Shown here: positions 37,395 through 46,262 of the stretch, one piece after another
How the letters are laid out: every line of letters starts with the position of its first letter
Numbering within the stretch: the first letter of the stretch is position 1
Origin: a virus
DNA length: 64,000 bases
IMG/VR virus record: IMGVR_UViG_3300036715_001865
Location: 1 to 64,000 of that record
Strand: one strand, 5' to 3'
The notes under the pieces: generated by a model
The model's input: the letters and a program-made list of their open reading frames with translations, nothing else
What the model was told of the DNA's origin: nothing
Databases searched by the model: none
Program-made: the position numbers and the translations under genes

Positions 37395-39128
37395 TTATGC
37401 TGTCAAGGACGCACCGGTTGCAACAATTCGGATTGGAATATATATAAATTCCGCGGCCCTTACAGGTTTCAATGCGACATCGAGATACATTTCATTTCTA
37501 TCAATGCGATCAGGTGTATTATTAGAGGAATCACAGACTGTAGCGAAATCATATAGACCACGTTTAACAATCAAATCACCCAAAAATGAATCAACAGCAG
37601 CTTTTAGGTTATCTCTGGTTAGTTGATCATTTGGTTCAAACACAAACGGCATTGTGTTTTTGCGTAATGAACGTTTGATATATTGAACCAAACGTACCAC
37701 ATTGATACGATCCATTGCTGAAGCATCCGGAGCAGAAGTTTTTTGTCCCCATACAATAATACCTCTTCCTGGGAAGAACACAATAGGATTAATATTGGTA
37801 AAGTATTTGTATAAGTTATCTCTTTGTCCTAAATTCAAAGCAACTGGGTTGAATGTAGTTGGTGTTCCTAGAGTACCAGATACATATCCAACTTCAGATA
37901 TACTTGATACTTGTCCACGTCTAGTTCCAGCTGGTGCAAACCACATTTCTGACACTTCATCACTGTATATGATTGTGCGTAATGCAGTACCAGATGCTGA
38001 AACGAATACATTTGCTCCATCTAAATTTGATGCTAATCCGTGTGGATAATAATATGCCACATTTCGGTTAGATCTTCGTTCAACAGTAGCAGCCCAAGTT
38101 ACAACATCTTCTGGAGTTTTGGTAAATGGAGTATCAGCAATAACAAATGCTTCTTCTTGTATATCAATTACCAAATTGATTAATTCATCCACAACTTCAG
38201 GGAAACCAGGACATACAACAATGTTATATTCGTATGCTTCTGATCTTATATCAGTGTTGCTGTTAATAGATGCTTGTAAGGCTGTAACAACAGCAACTCT
38301 ACGTGCAGCATCATTTGAACCAAGGCTAGTTTCGTTGGCAAATTGATTAGTATACTTAAATTCATCAGCACCACCCAATAAAGCGTTACCAGCTTCTTGT
38401 GGAGTCCATTCAGTAGTTACAATTCCACCTAAGTTATTGTTAACCCAGTCAGTTGCAATTCCAGCTAATCCAAGAAATACACCAGTTGCAGCATTAGTAC
38501 AACCATTAGCATACACTAAATATGGAGAGGACGCATGGTCATCCATGAAACTAATACGACTGTGTGCAAATGAGAACATGCTCCAAATAGGTTGTGTTGC
38601 TGCTGCTGCAAGTGATAAGAATTTGGTACGATTGATAGTGGTTTTGTAAGTTGGGTCTGATGGAACATATCCATTTGATAAATTAAATTCATTCAAATAT
38701 GCATTTGCTAAATTTTCCAGAACATACGAAGCTTCTTGGATTTTAGTATCCCACATCATTTGAATATCAGCAACATTATCGTTCAAGTTTACATTTGCAC
38801 GAATAACATATGCTCTGCTACAAATACCTAAACACTGATTCAATGCAAACAAACCGTATTCATTTCGGGTATCCCCATGTAGTGGTCTACCACTAGTATC
38901 TGTTAAGAATTTAGGAATACCATACAATTCAGTACTTTGTCTTAAACTGGTAAGAGTTCGGATCACATTAGATTCATATGTGCCTGCCGCCCCAGATATA
39001 CCATCTGGTTTAGTTTTTTCATCAGCTGTTGCTATGAAAATTAATGGGACAGTTTTAGCTGATGCTGGAATGAAAAAGGATTCATCTGTCACAGTAACTG
39101 ATACCCCTGGGCTAATTAAATTTGCCAT
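37395..39128 (-). CDS. gp18: Tail sheath protein
   Basis: LISPGVSVTVTDES; WFAPAG.RRG; INPI.FFPGRG..VWGQKT...SAMDRINV.RL; FVFEPND; NNTPDRIDRNE..LDVALKP.RAAEFI. Confidence 0.95.
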   Translation of the reverse strand: MANLISPGVSVTVTDESFFIPASAKTVPLIFIATADEKTKPDGISGAAGTYESNVIRTLTSLRQSTELYGIPKFLTDTSGRPLHGDTRNEYGLFALNQCLGICSRAYVIRANVNLNDNVADIQMMWDTKIQEASYVLENLANAYLNEFNLSNGYVPSDPTYKTTINRTKFLSLAAAATQPIWSMFSFAHSRISFMDDHASSPYLVYANGCTNAATGVFLGLAGIATDWVNNNLGGIVTTEWTPQEAGNALLGGADEFKYTNQFANETSLGSNDAARRVAVVTALQASINSNTDIRSEAYEYNIVVCPGFPEVVDELINLVIDIQEEAFVIADTPFTKTPEDVVTWAATVERRSNRNVAYYYPHGLASNLDGANVFVSASGTALRTIIYSDEVSEMWFAPAGTRRGQVSSISEVGYVSGTLGTPTTFNPVALNLGQRDNLYKYFTNINPIVFFPGRGIIVWGQKTSAPDASAMDRINVVRLVQYIKRSLRKNTMPFVFEPNDQLTRDNLKAAVDSFLGDLIVKRGLYDFATVCDSSNNTPDRIDRNEMYLDVALKPVRAAEFIYIPIRIVATGASLTA

Positions 39129-39239
39129 GTTGTTTCTCCTTGGGAAAATTATATTAATTATATTTCACACATTTCATCCCGCAGATAATGCAAGAACTTT
39201 ATTGTGTTACATATATATTTATCAAAAAGTACTTTTTTG

Positions 39240-39268
39240 TTGGCTTTTGATCTAATAGCATATATAAT
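39240..39268 (+). promoter_or_regulatory. Sigma70-type promoter TTGGCT-17-TATAAT for E5
   Basis: -35 at 39240-39245, -10 at 39263-39268; no RBS hairpin seen. Confidence 0.55.
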
Positions 39269-39319
39269 AAGAGTAATCAGTAATCATAACTTCAACCAGA
39301 TAAGGAATCATCAGTAATC

Positions 39320-40927
39320 ATGAATGAGCTTGAAACAGAATTGCACAAATTAAACATATTCACCCACAATGGAACTATTAATAAACAAGCGTCCAGATTA
39401 TTAACCAACAATCCTGAGACATTATATAAATTAATAGAAGCAACAAAATTTCTAGAAAACCACCCCTCTAATCGAGCCAGATTACATGCTTTGAGAACGG
39501 GACTATTATCACAACCCAAGTGTGCAACATGCTCAACAGCCACTACATTTAATAATGCGACTGGACAGTTTAATAAATTTTGTCCAAATACTGGTGGGAA
39601 ATCTTGTACAAACAGTAACACAGACTCCATTCTTAAAAAAAATACCACTATGGTTAAAAAGTATGGAGTTACCAATGCTGCACACAGTGAGGAGTTACAA
39701 ACCAAACGGAACAATACTATGGTGGCTAGGTATGGCTGTACAACACCTATACAAAATGCTGACATTAAACAAAAAATAAAAGATACCATGATGGCTAGAT
39801 ATGGAACGATGCATATTGCTCATATTCCACAATCTGCCACGAAACGAAAGGAAACTAACATCCGCAAATTTGGAGCTGCTACATATGCTCAATCATTGGT
39901 GCCCACTGAAGCTATAGACCTATTATCAAACATAGATTGGTTGTCAGACAATTTAAAAGATTTTACGGTGGCAGAAGTTGCGATAGCAGCAAACACGTCT
40001 GTATTTACGGTTAGAAAATGGATTTATCATCACAATCTACAACACTTGTTGGTATCAACTGGCTCATCTGATCAACGAGAGTTGGCAAGATTCCTAGATA
40101 CACTGGATTTAGAATATACAACCAATGATAAGCAACTAATTGCTCCAAAGGAAGTGGATTTTTATATACCATCCAAGCAATTAGCTGTGGAATATAATGG
40201 AATTTTTTACCACTCACAGTTATCAAAACGAGATAAAAATTACCACATAAACAAAACAACTAGTTGCAACAATAATGGGGTTAGATTAATTCAAATATGG
40301 TCAAATGAATGGAAAAACAAGAAAGACATTGTACAATCCAGAATATTACATGCTGTCGGAATGTCTACTCGAATATATGCTCGGAAGTGTAATATAATTG
40401 TATTACCAACAGCAAACGAACAACAATTTTTTGACGATAACCACATACAGGGAGCAGTACGATCAACTATTTGTTTTGGATTGGAATTGGATGGTAAAGT
40501 GGTAGCATGTATGAGTTTTATAAAATCCAGATTTTCCCCAACTCATGAATGGGAACTATTAAGATATAGTGGCATTAAAAACCATACAATATTAGGTGGC
40601 GCAAGCAAATTGTTTAAACATTTTGTAAAAACACATAATCCAACATCTATAGTGTCCTACTGCGACCTACGTTGGGGAACTGGGACATTATATTCCCAAT
40701 TAGGTTTTACATATTCACACACAAGTGCACCTAATTATTTTTATTTTGTCAGAAATGGGGATACTAATAAGTTATTCACAAGGGTCAATTTCCAAAAGCA
40801 CAAACTAGCTAATAAACTAACCACATTTACCCCAGAACATACAGAATGGGAAAACATGGTTAATAATGGTTATGATAGAATTTGGGATTGTGGGAACAAG
40901 GTATTTACTTGGAATAATGGCGGATAG
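39320..40927 (+). CDS. Free-standing endonuclease E5 (antisense to the late operon): KYG repeats + HTH + Vsr-like + GNAT/Mom-like
   Basis: EVDFYIPSKQLAVEYNGIFYH; WELLRY...GGASKL...IVSYCDLRWGTGTLYSQLGF; RIWDCG. Confidence 0.85.
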   Translation: MNELETELHKLNIFTHNGTINKQASRLLTNNPETLYKLIEATKFLENHPSNRARLHALRTGLLSQPKCATCSTATTFNNATGQFNKFCPNTGGKSCTNSNTDSILKKNTTMVKKYGVTNAAHSEELQTKRNNTMVARYGCTTPIQNADIKQKIKDTMMARYGTMHIAHIPQSATKRKETNIRKFGAATYAQSLVPTEAIDLLSNIDWLSDNLKDFTVAEVAIAANTSVFTVRKWIYHHNLQHLLVSTGSSDQRELARFLDTLDLEYTTNDKQLIAPKEVDFYIPSKQLAVEYNGIFYHSQLSKRDKNYHINKTTSCNNNGVRLIQIWSNEWKNKKDIVQSRILHAVGMSTRIYARKCNIIVLPTANEQQFFDDNHIQGAVRSTICFGLELDGKVVACMSFIKSRFSPTHEWELLRYSGIKNHTILGGASKLFKHFVKTHNPTSIVSYCDLRWGTGTLYSQLGFTYSHTSAPNYFYFVRNGDTNKLFTRVNFQKHKLANKLTTFTPEHTEWENMVNNGYDRIWDCGNKVFTWNNGG

Positions 40928-40930
40928 CCA

Positions 40931-41698
40931 TTATTCCCAAGGTAGATCAGCAGCATCATCTATTTTCTCATATTGCAAATTTTGAGAATCTAATTCACTA
41001 ATAATATCAAATGGCATTTCAGTAGAAGTGTTTATGATTCCTATTCTTGCATATATTCTTTCTACAAAATCACGGCGGACTTCTGCTGGGGTATCTAATT
41101 CAATAGGCATTTCAAATGTAAGCCTACTTTGTATGATTCTTTTATCTGTGCCTATTGGAAAGTTTGTTTCTAATTGAACATCTTTTAATTCCACATGAGT
41201 CAATCTTGTCCAATCAAATATTGCGTCACTTGTTTGGATATTAAGTGATGGGTCAAATAATGGAAGAATTTGTTCCATTATTTGTAAGTGTTGTTGTGTA
41301 TTACTTGCAAATATATTGAGTTCAATTGTTAAGTTGTATGGGACAGGCATACGTTGGTGAATAACCCTCATATCATCTGGAACCAACCCACCAACAGGAG
41401 TATACGTCTGTCTACGTTCAGTACCAACACCACGAGCTCGTTGCATAGTTAAAGTTAGACCACTCATATATGCACTCATAATAGGTAATCGTAAAGGTTT
41501 GTTGTGGGTGTTTTCAGTTTTTAAGGCTGCTACAACCTTGTCCATGTGTCCATAATGAATCCCAACAGGTATCAATGCAGCTTCTCTATCATTCCATTTT
41601 CCGACCTGTACCTGCAACCCACCAAATATGGCCATAAATTGATTTATATACCTAGCCAACTGTCCATTGTAGTAGTAGCCATCTTTTTGCATTGCCAT
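40931..41698 (-). CDS. gp15: Tail sheath stabiliser / tail terminator
   Basis: YYYNGQL.RYI.QF..IF, VP..YG, LRLP.MS, PVPY.L..EL.I...QI.EQILP.F.P. Confidence 0.75.
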   Translation of the reverse strand: MAMQKDGYYYNGQLARYINQFMAIFGGLQVQVGKWNDREAALIPVGIHYGHMDKVVAALKTENTHNKPLRLPIMSAYMSGLTLTMQRARGVGTERRQTYTPVGGLVPDDMRVIHQRMPVPYNLTIELNIFASNTQQHLQIMEQILPLFDPSLNIQTSDAIFDWTRLTHVELKDVQLETNFPIGTDKRIIQSRLTFEMPIELDTPAEVRRDFVERIYARIGIINTSTEMPFDIISELDSQNLQYEKIDDAADLPWE

Positions 41699-41741
41699 GT
41701 AATATTATCCTTTTTATTGAACTTGTATTTATAACCTAAAT

Positions 41742-43289
41742 TTATTTAACATCTCTTGATGGTTTTTTATATCTACTGGTTGCATACTCATCTAAGATAG
41801 GTTTTTGACTATTAAATTCCAATCGTTTGTCTGTTTCTAAGAAAATCCACCTACCTTTTACAGCAGAGTATCTATACAACCTTGCTGGCACATCTTTAGC
41901 TAATCCTACATATATTAACCTATGATAATCCCCATCAATAGGAGAACTTGGAAACGTGTCACTTTCTGTATATGGTTGTCCATTTTGTGGCATAGCGTCT
42001 TCAACATACAACCTAGCACGTTTAAACCCTGTTTTTTCAATACTTGGTAAATTAACTGCTTTTGCACTACTGATTTCTTCATCAGTAAATTCTCGTATAG
42101 TATTAGACCCCTCACTGCCTTTTTCAGGTACATCATCTTTTGATTTTGCTTTTATAGCTTGGTCAATATCAGAATAATCTTGCCACATAGGGTTATGTCC
42201 ATCGTTAATATCCATTAATCCAGTACTATCTTTTTTAGCAACTAAATCTCCGAATATATCTTGTGTTTCTTGTGACGCTAATGCAGGTAATGCAGTAATA
42301 AGTAACATGAGCGGTGCCCAACCAGGCGAATATGAAGCTGGATCCCAAGCAACATCTGTCACCTCTAAATATCTACGAATAACTCTCATATCAGGTGTAT
42401 ATTGTAATTCACTAGGTAGTTCAATAATATCCCCAACAATAACTGGTCTACCCAAAATAGATACACAAGATGTAAAATTTATTTTTATAACATAGGTTAC
42501 TTGTATTTCTATACCAAATCGCTGTAAATCTGAGGTAGATTGTGATAAATCATAGTAACCTTTTAACAAAAACGGGGCTTGTGAATAGTTTCTGTCTCTA
42601 TTTTCCATCAATATTTTATCTTGGATGTTTGATAAGTCAGTTACGGTGTATTCATGAAACTCAAGAGCTTGAACTCCCCAACTATCACAGTCATGACCTG
42701 TCATAGTTATTGGACGCAACCTCCAATATCTACACGGAGCTGAATTTGCAAAGTGTATAGTATTTAATATATTATTATCTGGTAAGTTTATGATTGCTAC
42801 TCCATACCATTCAATATTATCATCTGAACGCTCAACTCGAGCCTTAGTCACCCGAGAAGCTGGGTTATTGCTTTGTTTGATTTTTATTGTTGTGATTTCT
42901 TTTCTGATACTAGCATCAATCCCATATCTCTGCCTTCCTGAAGGCAGTTTAATAATGCCAAAGTCATATCCAATATATCCTGAGGATAACAATAAGGCAC
43001 TTGATTGTCGTGAATGCCACTCTGATGTTAGCTTATTAAATGCGTTACTAGCTGGAAACCCAACAGCATCTCCACTAGATATAGCTGTACCGTTACCTGT
43101 TAAATCCAACAATTTAGTTTGTTCGTATACTCCAAGTAGTTTATATACGTTTATTTTTGCTCCAGCAATTGCTACAGATTCTTGAATGTAATGGTCTGCT
43201 AAATTATCAGTTTTTGGTTGCTCAGTTAAATCCCAAGGACGACAATTTGTCCAATTTGATGGAAGAGTACAGTTTTGTTTAGTTGCCAT
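41742..43289 (-). CDS. gp14: Neck protein gp14-like with an inserted F5/8 type C (discoidin)-like domain
   Basis: ILMENRDR.Y...L.RFG...P..GDII.LP; insert with NAF...W...IGYDFG...IT.IKI...RYWRL. Confidence 0.65.
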   Translation of the reverse strand: MATKQNCTLPSNWTNCRPWDLTEQPKTDNLADHYIQESVAIAGAKINVYKLLGVYEQTKLLDLTGNGTAISSGDAVGFPASNAFNKLTSEWHSRQSSALLLSSGYIGYDFGIIKLPSGRQRYGIDASIRKEITTIKIKQSNNPASRVTKARVERSDDNIEWYGVAIINLPDNNILNTIHFANSAPCRYWRLRPITMTGHDCDSWGVQALEFHEYTVTDLSNIQDKILMENRDRNYSQAPFLLKGYYDLSQSTSDLQRFGIEIQVTYVIKINFTSCVSILGRPVIVGDIIELPSELQYTPDMRVIRRYLEVTDVAWDPASYSPGWAPLMLLITALPALASQETQDIFGDLVAKKDSTGLMDINDGHNPMWQDYSDIDQAIKAKSKDDVPEKGSEGSNTIREFTDEEISSAKAVNLPSIEKTGFKRARLYVEDAMPQNGQPYTESDTFPSSPIDGDYHRLIYVGLAKDVPARLYRYSAVKGRWIFLETDKRLEFNSQKPILDEYATSRYKKPSRDVK

Positions 43290-43290
43290 A

Positions 43291-43602
43291 TTAATCTCCA
43301 GATTCCATTTTCTTTAGTTTTATATAATATTTAGGATCTTCAGTTAAGTGATCTTTTGCAATTAATTTTGCAATTAATTTTGATTTAGTATGTTCGAGTT
43401 CAACACTAATACCTAATTTTAATTGGGTAGTGTCAAATTCAGAATCTGGAACAAAATCGTGGTTTCCGATATTAGATATAATATCTTCAACTGAATCCTC
43501 TCCAATTTCATCGAGTTCTTTGCTAGTTACATTTAGCAACTTAGCTAGTTGTTGAATTTTATCGTTTTCAACGATAAAATGTTTGAATGTTTGATGTAAC
43601 AC
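43291..43602 (-). CDS. Small protein of the QL.LGI.VELEHT...IA.DHL.EDP.YY.KL family, with CTS-like N-terminus
   Basis: Conserved phage motif; begins ...TFKHFIVE. Confidence 0.7.
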   Translation of the reverse strand: MLHQTFKHFIVENDKIQQLAKLLNVTSKELDEIGEDSVEDIISNIGNHDFVPDSEFDTTQLKLGISVELEHTKSKLIAKLIAKDHLTEDPKYYIKLKKMESGD

Positions 43603-43604
43603 AA

Positions 43605-43641
43605 AAATACCCCCAAAGAGTTGTCTTTGGGGGTATTTATA
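43605..43641 (-). terminator. Terminator hairpin overlapping a late promoter
   Basis: 15-bp stem 43605-43619/43624-43638; TATAAATA at 43634-43641. Confidence 0.75.
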
Positions 43642-43661
43642 ATCTACCTTACTTATACTAC

Positions 43662-46139
43662 TTATGGATTTACATTAGTATCATCTTGTAAATATTTCCA
43701 AACAGTGCCATTGAAGTACGTATACGCAAGAGTTTTTGGTAAAACTGCTGGAGTGGTTGGAACATGTGGTTTAGTACCAACATACAACACTTTAAAATGT
43801 GTGAATATAGGTGTACCACTTGGAGTTTTTTGTAAATGTGCAGCATCAATCAAATCTACAATACCTGAAACTGGTGCTGTAAATCCACGAGCATGAACAG
43901 CTTTAAATAAAGTACCATCTAATACCACCACCTTTGATGCTAATCCAGTAGTTGCTGATGTGATTTTAATATTACCACCAGTTATAGTTGCAGTAGCAGC
44001 AGCCCCCAAGTCAGTATTAATTTCAGATAACAATGTGGTAAATGTTTGTGCTGCACTTCCTTGAATACTAATTGGTTTAGATACTCCATCCACGATAACA
44101 TTAGCTGTATATAATGTTGGAGCTGTACTAGCTGTATAACTAATTCCAACATACCCTGTTAAACTACTAAACAATGCACCTACATCATGTATTAATACAG
44201 ATGAAGCTAAACCAGTAGTAGCAGATGTGATAACAATATCCCCCCCTGTTAGTGCAGCAGTTGCATATGTTACAGCTGCTTTTCCAGGTACTGCATGAGA
44301 TATTGATACCAACCCTGACACAGCTTTAAATAAAGTTACATCAGCAATAGATACCAACGACAATGCGCCTGTTGTTGCAGACGTGATTCGTAGATGACCA
44401 GCATTGATCGATGCCACAGCTGCTGCTCCCAAATCAGTATTAATTTCTGCTAACAAAGTTGTAACAGTTTGTGCTGCACTTCCCAACACTGAAATAGATT
44501 TGGCAACTCCGTCAACTGTAATAGTTGCAGTATATGTTGTAGTTCCAACTAAGCCTGTTGCAGCAGATCCAGACAAAAAGTTAATGTACTGTACATCTTG
44601 ATACCCAGCTGTTGCTGTAGAATTTAAATCAGTGTTGATTTCATCAATAACATGTTGGATAGTATCCCCCATAGCTCCAGTGAAGTTAATAGTTCTAATA
44701 TTACCATCAACATACACCGTTGAAGAATATGTACGCGATGAACTACCACCTGGATTTGTTGGTAACAAAAATGCGAAACTTGGTAAAGCAGCAAATAATG
44801 TACCATCAGTTATTACAACTGTTGAGTGTACTCCATATGTTGCAGATGTGATTCTAATATCTCCACCTGAAATAGAAGCAACCGCTGCTGCGCCTAAATC
44901 TGTATTAATTTCATTGATAACATCACCAAATGTTGCAATGGCTGCTGGCAAGATAGAAATTGATTTGGACACCCCATCAACTACTACTGTGGCTGTTAGT
45001 GCTGCCAACGAACCAGTACCAGCTACAGCAGTTGCAATAGTACTAAAACTTGTTAAAGCAGGGAATAATGTTCCAGCTGTAATTGCCACAGAAGAAGTGG
45101 TGCTTGTTGTTGCTGAAGTGATTTTGATGTTACCACCCGAAATAGAAGCAACCGCTGCTGCACCTAAATCTGTATTAATTTCAGCTAACAATGTGGTAAA
45201 TGTTAAGGCTGCTGAACCCAATATAGAAATTGCTTTTGACACACCATCAACTACTACTGTGGCAGTATAGGTAGGATATACAATATCTGTTCCACCCGCT
45301 GATACATTTCCGTTTGTGGAAGTCCATGCAGTATTAATTGCACCAATTAAGTCGGTTCCACTTCCAGCTGGGACAGTAACTACTACAGATGATGTTGCCC
45401 CAGTAGTGGACGAAGTGATAATCCATGCATTACCGATTGCAGCAACTGTTGCACCAGGAATTTGAGCATCTAACAGAACTGCCATAGAGGTCATGGTATC
45501 AATTCCAGTAGCAGATACGGTATATACCGTAGCAGTACCACCATCAACAGCAACCTTAATAGTATAACTAGCAGCGGCAATACCAAGAACAGTTGTTGGA
45601 GTAATTGCTGGGGTATCAGTAAACGCAATCGTTGCACTACCACTGGTTGCTGGAGTAAATAATCCAGTTGCATCACCACCAGCTTTTGCTACAGAAAAAT
45701 TAGCAAATTGATAACCAGCTGTAGGTACCAATGTTGTAGATGTCCCTGCAACAATTGGATTATTATAATTAACAATCTGGTATCCTTTGGTTCCAGCTGA
45801 TGCTGATAACCCTGATGGGTCTGTTGTTAATTTTGCGGCACCCAAATCAACTGTTGCTTTTCCAGCAGTTGCTGTAGCAACATTGCTGAGTCCTGTCGTT
45901 GACCCACCTGATTTAGATCCACCAAAATCGATAATTTGGCTACCTGCTGTTGGACCAGCTAACGGTAAAGCACCGCCATTATTTGTGATAAATTGTGTTA
46001 GAATACTTTTATCATCTTCTGATAACGTATCCCATAAAATAAGAGATCTGACACCGGCATCGGTTTTAAGAACGGCAGCATTATTCAATGTTCCGTTGAA
46101 ATGTACATTTTCGGATGTAATCCACACTGGGTTTGGCAT
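43662..46139 (-). CDS. Large Ala/Thr/Gly-rich structural protein with ~6 repeated ~75-aa beta/alpha modules
   Basis: Recurrent YTATV.VDGVSK.ISI.G....T...L..EINTDLGAAA.A.I.GG.I.ITSAT.G; own late promoter and terminator. Confidence 0.75.
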   Translation of the reverse strand: MPNPVWITSENVHFNGTLNNAAVLKTDAGVRSLILWDTLSEDDKSILTQFITNNGGALPLAGPTAGSQIIDFGGSKSGGSTTGLSNVATATAGKATVDLGAAKLTTDPSGLSASAGTKGYQIVNYNNPIVAGTSTTLVPTAGYQFANFSVAKAGGDATGLFTPATSGSATIAFTDTPAITPTTVLGIAAASYTIKVAVDGGTATVYTVSATGIDTMTSMAVLLDAQIPGATVAAIGNAWIITSSTTGATSSVVVTVPAGSGTDLIGAINTAWTSTNGNVSAGGTDIVYPTYTATVVVDGVSKAISILGSAALTFTTLLAEINTDLGAAAVASISGGNIKITSATTSTTSSVAITAGTLFPALTSFSTIATAVAGTGSLAALTATVVVDGVSKSISILPAAIATFGDVINEINTDLGAAAVASISGGDIRITSATYGVHSTVVITDGTLFAALPSFAFLLPTNPGGSSSRTYSSTVYVDGNIRTINFTGAMGDTIQHVIDEINTDLNSTATAGYQDVQYINFLSGSAATGLVGTTTYTATITVDGVAKSISVLGSAAQTVTTLLAEINTDLGAAAVASINAGHLRITSATTGALSLVSIADVTLFKAVSGLVSISHAVPGKAAVTYATAALTGGDIVITSATTGLASSVLIHDVGALFSSLTGYVGISYTASTAPTLYTANVIVDGVSKPISIQGSAAQTFTTLLSEINTDLGAAATATITGGNIKITSATTGLASKVVVLDGTLFKAVHARGFTAPVSGIVDLIDAAHLQKTPSGTPIFTHFKVLYVGTKPHVPTTPAVLPKTLAYTYFNGTVWKYLQDDTNVNP

Positions 46140-46262
46140 TTGTTGCTCCTTTGTAAGGCTTGTTTAATGTATACAATATATTTATACGTTATGCTATATT
46201 TTAGAAAGATATACCACCTCAGATTGACCAATAGATCAACAAGAGGTGGATTTATTGGGACA

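Noticed and set aside
30657-40927. Group I introns or inteins splitting the sheath, tube, terminase or capsid genes
   Set aside because: All flanking genes are full-length with their own starts and stops; the nuclease ORFs are intergenic; no C1/HN intein ends were seen.
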